64,000 nt of DNA, from the NCBI RefSeq assembly GCF_009914755.1, contig NC_060932.1; one strand, written 5' to 3'. Positions 30,876 to 45,038 of the stretch are shown piece after piece. The position numbers and the translations under genes are program-made. The notes under the pieces are model-generated. The model did no database searches. It was not told the origin of the DNA and saw only the letters and a list, made by a program, of their open reading frames with translations. This DNA is from the human T2T-CHM13v2.0 reference genome, Homo sapiens. The number at the start of each line of letters is the position of its first letter. The first letter of the stretch is position 1.

Positions 30876-31893
30876 AGAAAAATCCATGATGTGTCAAACA
30901 CTTGTTACAGGCACTTGTGAATGGATAGAAACCCCTGCCCTCGGTTGCATTCTTTCTGCTTTCTAGCCCTAAGGCAATAAAGCCTGTTTCACAGCTGCAT
31001 CTAGTGAGGGCCTAGAGCCTCAGGATTGGAAATGAGGAGGATAGACTACCCAGGTAGAAGGCACAGCCTGCTCAAATATGCAAGGCACTGCATCAGGTAT
31101 GAAAATGAGGTTTGGCATCTCGGTGGCCTGAAAAAATGGGTGTCCCTGGGTGAAACCAGGAACATGGAAGTGAGACAGAATGAGCACTTGTTATGTGCCC
31201 AGCCCTGCAGCAGGGCCCAAGCACTGCGGAGGTGGATGTCATGTTCCCTGCCCCGAAGAAGCTCAAATTATTTCTGACAACCATTCATTCAGCAGTTCAT
31301 TCAGCAAATACTTTCTGAATAAGTGTGCGGAAATCTGTACTGGGTAACTGTCATCCTAGCAACCTAGCAAGAATGTGATCTATGGCCCCACAGCAGAATG
31401 TGGCTGTGGTTTGGGGGGGTCTGGTGCAAAGGTGAGAGGTACCCTGACTCCAGGCAGGAAGGAGAGTGAGAGAGTTACGATGTGCACTTGTCTCTCACCC
31501 AGTTCAAGAACCTGCTCCTCTCCTCCTTAAACACTGTTCATTCCCAGGTCCTGGTCCCTCACTGGCTCAGCCTCCAGACCCGCAGACCACAGCCATAACT
31601 CTCCAAACTCAAAACATCCACTCAGGGGAGATAAATCTCCGCTTATGGAAGGACTTTCTCTGGGAAGGAGGGTCAGAAAGGCCGCCTGAGGCAGCTGACC
31701 GCTCCTGTGGGCTGAATGTCAGTCTGGCGAAGCAGAAAACATCTGTCAGTGAGTCAGAGACCTGGGTTTCAGTCTCAGCTCTGCACTAAAAGCTGGGGGA
31801 CCTTGTGCAACCGCTTCCCCTCTCTGGGCCTCCGCTTCTTCATTGGTATGAAGGCACACTTAGATCTCTTGGGGCCACTCCTGCTATAACGAT

Positions 31894-32694
31894 TGTGTTT
31901 CGTTTTTGAGGGCTGCTGTAACAAAGTACCATGAGCCGGGTTGCTTAGAGCAAGAAATACGTTTTGTGTAATCGCTCTGGAAGTGAATAGCCTAAGAGAA
32001 CGATGACAGCAAAGCTAATTCCTTCTCAGGATTGTGCGGGAGAATCTGTTTCTTGTTTCTGTCCTGGCTTCTCCTGGTTTGCTGGCATACTTTGGTGTTT
32101 CCTGGCTTAGGGACACATCACCCGGATTTCTGTCTTGATGTCCACATCATGTTCTCCCTGTATGTATGTGTGTTGTATGTGCGTGGAAGGCGGGGGTGGT
32201 GTCTCTAACTTTTTTGGGTTTTTTTGAGACAGTCTTGCTCTGTCACCCAGGCTGGAGTGCATGCAGTAGCTTGATCTCGGCTCACTGCAACCTCCACCTC
32301 CCAGGTCCAAGCGATTCTCCCATCTCAGCCTCCTGAGTAGCTGGGACCACAGGTGTGCACCACCATGCCCAGCTAATTTTTGTGGTTTTTTTACTAGAGA
32401 TGGGGTTTCAACATGTTGCCCAGGCCAGTCCCCAACTACTGGCCTTAAGTGATTCACTTGCCTTAACCTCCGAAATTGCTGGGATTACAGGAGTGAGCCA
32501 CCACACCCAGCCCGGCGTTCTTCTTATAGGATATCAGCCATATTGGATCGGGGCCCACCCTACCTACTCCAGTATGACCTAATCCTAACTCATTATACCT
32601 ACACCTATTTCCAAATAAGGTCATATTCTGAGGTACTGTGGGTTAGCAGATCAACACACATATTTTGTAGGGGGGCACAATTTAACCCATAATG
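31894..32694 (-). mobile_element. MLT1 LTR split by an Alu
   Basis: GGGCTGCTGTAACAAAGTACCA...TTTCCAAATAAGGTCATATTCTGAGGTACTG. Confidence 0.8.
32208..32515 (-). mobile_element. Alu (J/old S)
   Basis: Alu dimer motifs. Confidence 0.9.
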
Positions 32695-33321
32695 ACCATC
32701 CTGACCTTTTAATTCCTCCTCCCAGGAATCTGTAGGATGACTGTAACATTTATCATTCAAACAGGGGATTTTGAGAATGAAAAGGGGAACTACTAACAAT
32801 TGTGGCAAATGACAGGTGTCACTGGGGACTGGCCCAGGTGAGCAGGTATGCTGGTCCCCTCAGGGGCCTGGGGGATCTACCGGGGCCAAACACGAGGGTG
32901 GTTGCAGGGCCCAGGGCTGCTTCCACCACCCACGGGGTCATGGTGTGACCCAGAGGAAAACTACATCATCTCTCAAAATGAGAACGGACGGAGTGAGGGG
33001 AGAGACAGTGCCTGGGGAAGCGCCAAGGGACACGAAGAGGCTGGTGCTGGCATGTGGCACCTGGAGTTTAGTTGGAGAAAAGTCACCATTTTCAAGCAGT
33101 AGTGCTTCCTGATGTGTGAGTATGGCCGCAAGCCCGGGTGGGACATGCACAGTGTATGTGGGACTATAGGATGCATGGAGAAGCCCTGCATCTATCTACA
33201 CAGAGCGTTTAATCCATCCTGGGGGACACTGATTCACGTGAATGATTAGAGGGCATCCTTATGCTCAGTGGAGAGGAACTGGGCTCCTTAGTGCAATCAA
33301 AGTTCGGAAAAGAAGGTATTC

Positions 33322-33631
<310 letters not shown>

Positions 33632-34102
33632 AAGCATTTGAGTGCTGTAAAGTAATTGGGAGATTTGTGCTCACAAAGGTCACTTGAGAGCAGAGGAACG
33701 AAAGTCCAGTCGTGTAAGGGACAGTGACCAGAGTAGCCTGAGTAAATACGGCCTTGAAAGATGAACTGAGAAACTCTCCTCCCATCTCTATTTCCTATAT
33801 TCTCATGGGATCAGCATAATTTCTTCCTTAAACATCTGGTAATACTCTTTAGTGAAGCCACCTGGGCCTGCAGTACTCTTTGTGGGAAGGTTTTAGATTA
33901 TTAATTCAATCTCTTTCATTGATGCGAGTCAATTCCATATTTTCACTTCTTCCTGAGTCAGTTTTGATAAATGGGTCATTTTAGTGGACTTGTTCTTTTC
34001 ATCTAGGGTATCAAATTTATTGGCATATAATTTTTTCAAAATAGTATTTTATTAATGCCTTTAGGATCCTTATGATGTCCTAGATACAGTAAAGATATGG
34101 CA

Positions 34103-35031
34103 CAGCCATGTACCACATAAAGTTTCAGTCAACAATGGACTGCATATGCAATGATAATCCCATAAGAGTAAAATGGAGCTGAAGAATTCTGATCACCTAG
34201 TGAAGTTGTAGCCATCATAACATTGTAATGCAATTACTTTATTTTTTAATAAATTTAGTGTAGCCTAGGTTTACAGTATTTATAAAATCTATGGAAGTGT
34301 ACAGTAATGTCCTCAGCCTTCTGAATAGTCCATTCTCACACTGCTGTAAAGAAATACCTGAGACTTCATAATTTATAAATAAAAGAGGTTGAATTGGCTC
34401 ACAGTTCCACAGCCTGCAGAGGAAGCATAGCAGCTTTTGCTTCTGGGGAGACCTCAGGAAACTTACAATCATGGCAGAAGGGGAAACACCCACCTCACAT
34501 GGCAGAGGCAGGAGGAAAACAGAGGTGGGGGCAGGTGCCACACACTTTTAAACAACCAGACCTCTTAAGAATACTATGATGAGAACAGCACCGGCGGATG
34601 GTGCTAAACCATTAGAAACCTCCCCCATGTTCCAATCACCTCCCACCAGGCCCCACTTCCAGTACTGGGAATTGGACATAAGATTTGTGTGGAGACACAA
34701 ATCCAAACCATGTCACCTTCACATTCACTCACCACTTACTCGCTGATTCACCAGAGCAACTTTCCGTCTCACAAACTCCGTTCACAGTAAGTGTCCTGTA
34801 CAGGTCTACCACTTTTGATCTTTTGCACTGTAGTTTTACTTTATCCTTTCTATGTATAGACATACAAAAACTACTGTGTTATAATAGGATCTACCATATA
34901 GCCTAAGTGTGTAGTAGGCTGTACCATCTAGGTTTGCGTACGTGCACTCCATGATGTTTGCACACTGATAAAATCACCTAATGACACATTTCTCAGAATG
35001 TAACCTGTTGTTCAGTGAAGCATGACCACTG
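34103..35031 (+). mobile_element. Tigger3/MER7 DNA transposon split by an MST LTR
   Basis: CAGCCATG...GTTTCAGTCAACAATGGACTGCATA; AGGCTGTACCATCTAGGTTTGCGT...GCATGAC. Confidence 0.85.
34322..34715 (-). mobile_element. MSTA solo LTR
   Basis: TG...CA ends with a perfect 5-bp TSD CCTTC on both sides. Confidence 0.9.
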
Positions 35032-35803
35032 TCATACATGTGATCTGTCACTGACTGAAATGTTATTTGGTCTGTGATGATATTGTAAATCTCACAAAGT
35101 ATTATTATAAAAGAGTCAACAATCTTTTAAAGAAATTCAAAAATGAAGGAAAGTATCTCTTATATTTAATCAAATATTTTCTGTTTCTGGCACTTTTCAT
35201 TCCTTTGTGTATCTAATGTCTCTCTATCTGGTATCACCTTAATTCTGTGTTAAGAACATCTTTTAGCATTTCTAGTAAGGTAGGCCTCTTGGATAAAAAT
35301 TCTCTCAGCTTTTGTTTGTCTAAAAAGTCTTCACATCACTTTTCTTAGTTTTGGAAGACACTTTTGCTTGGAATAGAATTTTTGGTCGACAAGCTTCTTT
35401 TCTTCCCTCCCTGCTCTTCAAAGACATCACTTCATTGTGTCTGACTTGCATAGTTTCCAACAAGAAAACAGCCTCAAATTTTATATTTGCTCCCCAATAC
35501 ATAATGTGTCTCTTTTTTTTTGCTGGCTGGGTTGCTTTTTTAAATTTTCATTAGTTCACGTTTGCAGCAATTTGGTTATGATGTGCCCTCGGGTGCTTTT
35601 CTTTGTATTTTCCTACTTGAAATTCTCAGAGCTTTTTGAATTGGTGTCTTTCCAGTTTTTATAAATTTGAGCAGTCTTTAGCCATCATTTCTTCAAATAT
35701 TTATTCTGCCCCCTTTTCTGGGACTCGAATTACTTGTATATTGACCAACTGATATTGTCCAATGTGTCACAAAACTCTGTTCATTTTTTCCTAGCAATTC
35801 ACC

Positions 35804-36097
<294 letters not shown>

Positions 36098-36522
36098 TAA
36101 ATTTTTTATCTTAATTGAGCATTTCTATGATTCTATCTTCTTTCCTTTCTTGGCGTATCAGTTATACTTCTCCTACCTTTTTTCAGTCATTGACCTAGAA
36201 TTTGCAATATACATTTAGAACTAACCCAAGCCCACTTTCAAATAACAATATACAGCCTCATGGGTAGTGTGAGTACATTATAATAACAAAATAACCGAAA
36301 ATCCTCTTTTTATTCCTTGTGTCATTGCTGTCATTCATTTCATTTATATGTAAGCATATGTAAGTGTGAATATATAAGTATATTTGTCACAAGCATATAT
36401 TTATATATGTATTCAGTTATAAATCTTATGTATATATCTTATGTACATAATTGAAGGTGCAGTTGCTATTATTATTTTGAACAAACTGTTATGTGTTAGA
36501 TCAACTAAGAATAAGAAAAATA

Positions 36523-36678
36523 GGCCAGGTATGGTGGCTCACATCTGTAATCCTAATACTTTGGGAGGCTGAGGCAGGAGAATTGCTTGAGCCCAGGAGT
36601 TTGAGACCAGCCTGGTCAACATAATGAGAACCCACCTCTATATTTAGAATAATAATAATCTAAAAAAGAAAAAAAATA
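36523..36678 (+). mobile_element. Alu monomer (FLAM-like)
   Basis: Single arm with A-rich tail. Confidence 0.8.
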
Positions 36679-38764
36679 ATGATAAGAAGAATAAACATTT
36701 TTATATTGATGTTCTTCCTTTCTTTATGCAGATCTAAATTTCTGACCTGTACTATTTTCCCTCTCTCTAAAGAACTTCTTTTAACATTTCTTACAAGGCA
36801 GATCTACTGGCAAAGAAATTCCCTCAGTTTTTGTTTGATTGAGAATGTCTTTTTTTTTTTCTTCACTTTTGAAGGATAATTTCACAGGGTACAGCATTCT
36901 AGGCTGGCGGGGGGTTTTCTCCCAAACCTTTAACTATTTCACTACATTCCCATCTTGCTTGCATGGTTTCTGAGGAGAAGTTGGATGCAATTCTTAGCTT
37001 TGCATCTCTCTAGCTTAGCTGGTTTTTCCTTCTGTCTTCTTTCAGGATATTTTTCTTTATCTTTGGTTTTCCGTAATTTGAAAATGACATGTCTAGGTGT
37101 AGTTGTTTTGGCATTTATCCTGCTTGATATTCTCTGAGCTTCCTGGATCTGTGGTTTGGTGTTTGACATTAATTTTGGAAAATTATTGGTCATTATTATT
37201 TCAAACATTTCTTCTGTTTCCTTTCTCTTTTTATTCTCCTTCTGGTATTCCGTTACATGTATGTTACACCTTTTGTAAGTGTCTCACAGTTCTGTTTCTT
37301 TTTTCAGTCTCTGTTCTCTTTGCTTTTCAGTTTTAGAGGTTTCTATTGATCTACCCACAAGCTCAGAGATTCTTTCCTCAGCCATGTCCAGTCCACTAAG
37401 AATTCTATCAAAGGACTTGTCCATTCTTCCTTTCTCTCACAGTATTATTGATCTCTAGCATTTCCTTTTGGTTTTCCCCTTAGGATTTCCATCTCTCTGC
37501 TTATATTACCTATCTGTTCTGGCATGCTGTCTACTCTATCCATTATGGCCCTTAGCATATTAATAGGAGTTGTTTTAAATCTCCTGTCCTAATTCTAATA
37601 TCCCTGCCATGTCTGGTTCTAATGCTTGCTCTGTCTCTTCAAACTGTGTCTTTTGTTCTTTAGTATGCCTTGTAATTTTTTCTTCACAGCTAGACATGAT
37701 GTAGTGGGTTAAAGGAAATGCAGTAAATAGACCCTTAGTAATGTGGTGGTAAAGTGTATGGGGGGAATAAGCATTCCATATTTCTATGATGAGGTTTCTG
37801 TCTCTTAGTGACTCTGTGCCTCTGGACTGTGAACTTCTCAATTTTTCTCCACCTTAGGTTGGGCAGGATGGCTAGAGTAGCTGAACTTGGGTTATTTCCC
37901 CTCTCCTACATAGAAGGATAGAGCTGGCTGGATTTGGGCATTTCCTCCTTCCCTCCCAGGTCATTAGGCTCTGATAAAATTCCAGCAGGTTAGACTCTAG
38001 TTAACTAATTTCTCCCGACAGCAGACCTTGTTAAGACAGAGTGTTCTGGCATATTTCAAAATGGCTCCTTTCTCTCTCCCATCCTGCTGAAAGCATGAGG
38101 AGATTTTTCTCCAGTATTTACTGTGAGAACCTGGTTGATATCCTGAAGACAAAACTCACATAAGTGTTGGGGGCCTCCTAAGACTGGGTCTCCCTAGAGC
38201 TTTTAAGTCTCAGATTTGTCCACGCCTAGACTCCATCAGCTTGTCAGTTACAGTTCCGGTTCTCCCAGGCAGCAGTGATTCCTGCAGAGGTTGCTGCTCT
38301 AATGTACTATGATTCTCTGTATTTGCTTGTCTGTCTGTTCAATTTAGGGGGCAGTAGTTTGCCCTATGACATCATTTCTCTTATGCATCTAAGAAGAGTG
38401 GTTGATTTTTCAGTTTGTTCAGCTCTTATTGTTAGGACACAGTGGCAACTTCTAAGTTCCTTATATGGAGGACAGAAAGCCAGGAGTTGCATTTTTCATT
38501 TCAGATATTATATTTTTCCACTCTAGAATTTCTGTTTGGTTTTTTTATATCTTCCATTTCTCTCTCCATTATCTTCATATTTTCCACTAGATTTTTGAGC
38601 ATATTTATAATGGATGTTTTTTAAATAAATTTTTATTTTAGAATAATTTTAGATTTGTAGGAAAGTTGCAAAGGCAGTATAAAGTTACTGTACACCCTTC
38701 CTTAGATTCCCTTAATGTTAATATCTTGCATAACTCTGGTACATCTGTTAAAAGTATGTGTTGT

Positions 38765-39064
38765 GGCTGAGCACAGTGGCTCACGCCTGTAATCCCAGCA
38801 CTTTGGGAGGCCGAGGCGGGCAGATCACTTGAGGTCAGGAGTTCGAGATCAGCCTGGCCAACATTGTGAAACCCCATCTCTATTAAAAATACAAAAATTA
38901 GCTGGACGTGGTGGCACATATCTGTAGTCCCAGCTACTTGGGAGGCTGAGGCGGGAGAATCGCTTGAACCCAGGAGGTAGAGGTTGCAGTGACTCACCAC
39001 TGCACTCTAGCCTGGGCGATAGAGTGAGACCCTGTCTAGAAAAAAAAAGAAAAAGAAAAAAAAA
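38765..39064 (+). mobile_element. AluS
   Basis: Dimer with perfect TSD AAAAGTATGTGTTGT. Confidence 0.95.
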
Positions 39065-39069
39065 GTATG

Positions 39070-39511
39070 TGTTGTGAGTTAAACTGAACTCCCCAAAAAA
39101 GGTATTGAAGTCCTAACCCCTGGTACCTGTGAATGTGACCTGACTTGCAAATAGGGTTTTTGCAGATGTAGTTAGGTTAAGATGAGGTCATACTAGAGTA
39201 CAGTGGACCCTAACTCCAGTATGACAGGAATCCTTATAAGAAGAGACACACAAGGAGAAGGCCGTGTTATGAAGGAGGTGGAGACTGGAGTGATGCATCT
39301 ACAAGCCAAGGAATCCCAGGGTTTGCCAGTGACCACCAGAAGGCAGAGAGAGGCGGGAATGGTTTCTCCCTAAAGCCCTTCAGAAAAAGCACCTCCCTGC
39401 CAACATCTTCCTATCAGACTCAAGGCTCCAGAACTGTGAGAAATGAAATTCTATTATTTTAAGGCACCCTGTTTGTGATACTTTGTTACACGGTCCTAGA
39501 AAACTAATACA
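39070..39511 (+). mobile_element. MLT1 (C/D-like) LTR
   Basis: GAAGTCCTAACCCCTGGTACCTGTGAATGTGACC...CCAGAACTGTGAGA...AAACTAATACA. Confidence 0.85.
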
Positions 39512-40902
39512 AGGAAAATACTAACATTGGTACATTACTATACACCAAACTCCAAACTTTGTTCAGCTTTCACCACTTTTCCCCCTAATGTCCTTTTTCT
39601 GTTCTGGAATCCAATCCAGGAGACAGTGTTGCATTTAGACACTGCATTTCTCCTGTCTCCTCTGGACTGGGACACTTTCCAAACTTTGTTTTCCATGATC
39701 TTAAAAGTACTGGTCAGCATTTTGTACGTGTTTCCCAGTTAGAGTTTCTTTGATACTTTTCCTCATATTAGGCTAGAGATATATGGGGTTGTTCTTTTTT
39801 TTTTTTTTTTTTAAATACCAGACAGGTGAAGTGCCCTCTCATAACATCATATAGGGGATAAATGATATTAGCCAGATATATCAGCAGGGATATAAACCTT
39901 GATCAATTGGTGAAGATCGTATCTGTCAGATCTCTGGCTGTGAAGTTACCATTTTTCCCCTTCCATCCTCTATTCTTTGCAAGTGAGTCACTAAGTCCAG
40001 TCACACTCAAGCAGATGGAAATAGGGAAAATTAAATTACTTTTCTGCTAATTCCACATGTCTGTCATTTCTGGGCTTATTTCTTTTGAGTAATTTTTTCT
40101 CTCCTGGCTATGGGTTACATTTTCCTGCTTCTTTGCAAATCTAGTAATTTTGTGAATGTTACATTCTTGAGTGTTAGATTTTGTTGCATTTCTTTCAAGA
40201 GTGTTGCACTTTATTCTGGCTTTCAGGTGAGTTATTCAGACATCAGTTGAATAGTTTGGGCTTTAAAAAAAAAGAAAACCTTTTTATCAGGCAGGAGATC
40301 TAGAGAAGTGTTATTCTAGATTAGTTAAGTACCACTGCCAAGATGTGTACTTTCTGCGGCTGTTCAAGTATTAAACTAGGTTTCTCCAAGCTACCTAGTG
40401 GAATTGAATGTGTCCCAGTCCTGTGTAAGCTCTGGAGATCTCTTGGCCAGCAGCCTCTCAGCAATTGTTCTTTCCCTAGTGGTTGTTCTTTGCCCAATCC
40501 CAAGGATGCCATCCTGCTCAGCCCCAGACTCAAGAGAACCCCTCTGAACATTTCTGGAGTCATTTTCTGAGTAGTTTATTCATCTCTATTCTCTGCCTTA
40601 AAAGTCCCAGCTCCCTCAGCCTCCGGAACTCCAATCTCTGCCTCAACAGGACCACTGGGTTCTGTTGGGGTTCACTCTTCCTGCACCCTGGTTCAGAAAT
40701 CCCCCGCAAGCAGAGAGCCAGGGAAATTGTAGAGCTTTCTTGCTTCATTTTCCTTCTCCCAGCAATCACAGTCTCAGTCTACCCACTACCCAGTGTCTGA
40801 CAATTGTCATTGCACATGTCTTTCTTATCCAGTTTTTCAGCTGTGCGTGACAGGGAGACAACTGCCGATGCTCTTACCACTCAAGGCAGGAGTGCTTCTA
40901 AG

Positions 40903-40992
40903 TTTTCTTTCTCTCTTTCTTTCTTTCTTTCTCCTTCCTTCCTTCCTTCTCCTTCCTTCCTTCTCCTTCCTTCCTTTCTCTTTTTTCTTTTC

Positions 40993-41033
<41 letters not shown>

Positions 41034-41153
41034 TTTCGACAGAGTTTCGCTCTTGTTGCCCAGGCTGGAGTGTGCAATGGTGCAATCTTGGCTCACTGCA
41101 ACCTCTGCCTCCTGGGTTCAAGCAATTCCCCTACCTCAGCCTCCCGAGTAGCT
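40903..41153 (-). mobile_element. Truncated Alu right arm with long (CTTT/CCTT)n tail
   Basis: Pyrimidine simple repeat 40903-41037 followed by part of an Alu arm. Confidence 0.9.
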
Positions 41154-41366
41154 GAAGTTTCCATAGTTCTTCTCGGCCCTCTATTCCCTGAAAGGAGTAA
41201 CTGCTTGCTATAGTCCCTGCCTTGTAATACCTTAGCAGTCGGTTGAGCCTTTTCAGTTCTCCAATACAACCAGAGAGCTGTGTTGCTAACAGGGATTTAC
41301 ACTGCGCTCTCTCCATGGGAGTAATATGTGTTTCCATCTCCCATCAGGACCGCCCACCTTCCTTCA

Positions 41367-41999
<633 letters not shown>

Positions 42000-42308
42000 G
42001 GCCATGTTCACAAGCGCACCCTCCAGGACCAGATAGCCCCAGCAGACAGGTGCAAGCTGGGCCTCCAGGAGCAGGAACTGAGGGAACTGTGTCACATGGA
42101 AGATGGGAGGTCCCCAAGGGGAAGGGAGAGGGTGTCCAATAATTCCTAAAAGTCCCCAGAGAGAAAGCCTCACCTTGGGCACCAACCGGCCCAGTTAGAA
42201 GGTACCTACTCAGTTCCTATCGCCAGCCAGGGATGACTGCTTCACCCCTTTATGGCTCCCCACCTCCCTCTCACCCACCTCCCAACAAGCAGGAGAGCCA
42301 GCAGGGGC

Positions 42309-42729
42309 CGTTGAACTAAGTCTGATCTGAAGCTGCCTCTTTGACTATTTTAAGTTTGGCCTAAAGTTCTTTCCATGCATAGTGAGCTGTAAGCTACCTG
42401 GAGACTGAACAGACTGCAGCCTACTCTTGTGCCAATCACCGAGTTTCTGGCAATCGAAAGCGGCCAACTGTTCAAACTCTGTTCACATAAGGCAAGTGCC
42501 CAGCTGCAATCACCCTGCTGCTTCTGCACCTCACTTCTGTGTTCTGTTCCTCACTTTCCCTTTTTTGTCCATAAACCTTCTTCCACCATGTGGCTATGTT
42601 GGAGCTTCTCGGAGCCTATTCTGCTCCCGGCTCTGCCCAATGTACAAATCATTCTTTGTTCAATTAAGCCTGTTAAATTTAATGTTTTTTTAAAAAAATT
42701 TAATGTTGTTTAAGGTTTTTCTTTTATCA
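42309..42729 (+). mobile_element. MER57B-like ERV1 solo LTR
   Basis: TTTTAAGTTTGGCCTAAAG...CCTACTCTTGTGCCAATCACCGAGTTT...GGCCAACTGTTCAAAC...TTTTTCTTTTATCA. Confidence 0.8.
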
Positions 42730-42840
42730 CAGAGGAGGAAGACACACAGAGAGGGAAAAGATACACCCCTTCCTCTACTGCAGGTTTAGGAGGCTGTGGG
42801 GCAGGGAGAGTGGAAAGTTTAACTTCAATAAGAACGTTAA

Positions 42841-43152
42841 GGCCGGGCGCGGTGGCTCACACCTGGAATCCCAGCACTTTGGGAGGCTGAGGCGCGTAGA
42901 TCACTTTAGGCCAGGAGTTCAAGACCAGCCATGACCAACATGGTGAAACTCTGTCTCTACTAAAAATACAAAAATAAACCAGGCATGGTGGTGCATGCCT
43001 GTGGTCCCAGCTGCTCAGGAGGCTGAGGCAGGAGAATCACTTGAACCCAGGAGGAGAAGGTTGCAGTGAGCCGAGATGGTGCCTCTGTACTCCAGCCTGG
43101 GCAACAGAGTGAGACTGTGTCTCAAACAAAAACTAGAATAAAATAAGATAAA
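42841..43152 (+). mobile_element. AluS
   Basis: Full dimer. Confidence 0.95.
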
Positions 43153-43460
43153 AACCTTTAAAAACTCCTTTAGATTAGTCTGGACTATTTGGTACAGGAA
43201 GATGAGACAGTGTCTTAGTACCTGCAAAGGACCAGAAAGCAATGGAATCTAAATGACGCCCCCAGGACAGGGATCCAATGGAGCAGGCGGGAAAGGCAGT
43301 CAGGTGGAAAATAGAAAATGATTTCATTATTTCAGCCCCAGCCTAGCTCCTTCAGTAAACCAGTTACAAATATTAGATGCATGAAAATCTTCATAGGAAA
43401 AGAGATGGGAGCCCAGAGTCCCAGACAAAGAGCAGGCAGCTGCTCTATCTTCCCTCGGTG

Positions 43461-43623
43461 CCCTGCCACCCCACGGCTTCCCCTGCAGGCCACGCTGAGT
43501 CCCCCAACCCTGCGGCTTCCCCTGCAGGCCACCCTGGGTACCCCCCTACCCCACCCCATGGCTTCTCCTGCAGGCTGTTCTGTCTTTCCTGAGTCCCCCA
43601 CCCCACGGCCTCGCCTGTAGGCT
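43461..43623. repeat. GC-rich imperfect tandem repeat (~39-50 bp unit, ~4 copies)
   Basis: Core CCCCACGGCTTCCCCTGCAGGC recurs four times with variations. Confidence 0.85.
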
Positions 43624-43894
43624 GGTGGCAGTCCTCAGCTCCAGACCTTCCCCACGACCCAAGGTTACTCTCAGGGTGGAGCCAGAAACACCGGCCCTAG
43701 CTCCCACACACACCTGAAGACCTGTGTCCCTGCCTAACCATGTGGGACCCCAGCACAGGTATGTAGATGTGACAGGCCACCTGCACTCCAGCTGGAGAGA
43801 GGAAATAGATCAGGCATCAGTCAGCAGCCCTCAGCAAACCATATGAGGCTAGAGCACGCGTCACCCTAGGAAAACGGAGCCTCTTCCAGGAAGA

Positions 43895-44172
43895 ATATCT
43901 TCTCAAACCAGCCATGGTTTGAGAAAGGCTGTCAGGAAAGACCAGTTGTTGTTTTTTCTGTCCAATCTGTCACAGATCTATATTTTGTAAAATGCAGTAC
44001 AAATGAGTTATTAGGAAAAATTGAATAAAAACAAAGCACTCAAAATACAAGCTGAAAATTTGTATTATTAGATTGGACGGACATAAAATTACTCCATCAA
44101 ATTACAATTTCTGTACTTATTTCTTCATGGGCCAGCCACAGCCAGTCCACGGACCATGCTGTGAGCAGCCCC
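43895..44172 (+). mobile_element. MER5C-like hAT-Charlie MITE
   Basis: CTTCTCAAAC...AAAATACAAGC...ATTATTAGATTGGACGGACATAAAATTACTC...CAGTCCACGGACCA. Confidence 0.7.
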
Positions 44173-44708
44173 AGCCCGGCCAGGAACTGTTCATGGCAGC
44201 CAGCCCTGGCCACTGCACTGCCCAGGAAGCTGGTCATTAAAACTTGCAGGCCATTTGGCAGACCTAGGCCATACCTTTCGTGTCTCCCTGCTGGCCTCTC
44301 CAGCCTCCTTAAAGCCACTTCTGATTAGGTCAGTTCCCCTGGCATCAGCCTTCAGCAGATCCCCCAGCGTGGATCCACGTCCTCCTTCTCTGACTGCTGT
44401 GCCCTCTTCCTGACCTCGCGTATCCAGTCCTGACCGCTCTCAGGCTCCACTTCACTGCCCCACCTTGTGAGTCCTCCCAATACCATCACTCTGAGGATTT
44501 TCAGGGGAGTTCGTCCACACTTCTCTTATTTCTCATTTCACTTCCTACTCAGCACTGGGGTTCTTATACCGACCTCTTACCTTCCCTGCGAGATCGTAAA
44601 ATCCTTGGGGGCAGGATTCATTTCTGACTTATCTTTGCATCCTTCATAAGAGCTGGTACAGTGGCTACCCCCAAATCACTGACTTTTATTAATGATTGAA
44701 AACATTAA

Positions 44709-45038
<330 letters not shown>

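Noticed and set aside
40793-41155. Hydrophobic or charged ORFs resembling membrane proteins
   Set aside because: Translations of the (CTTT)n Alu tail.
43461-43623. Repeat-spacer pattern as a CRISPR-like array
   Set aside because: Eukaryotic DNA, the inter-core sequences are related to each other, and there are no cas genes; it is an ordinary minisatellite.
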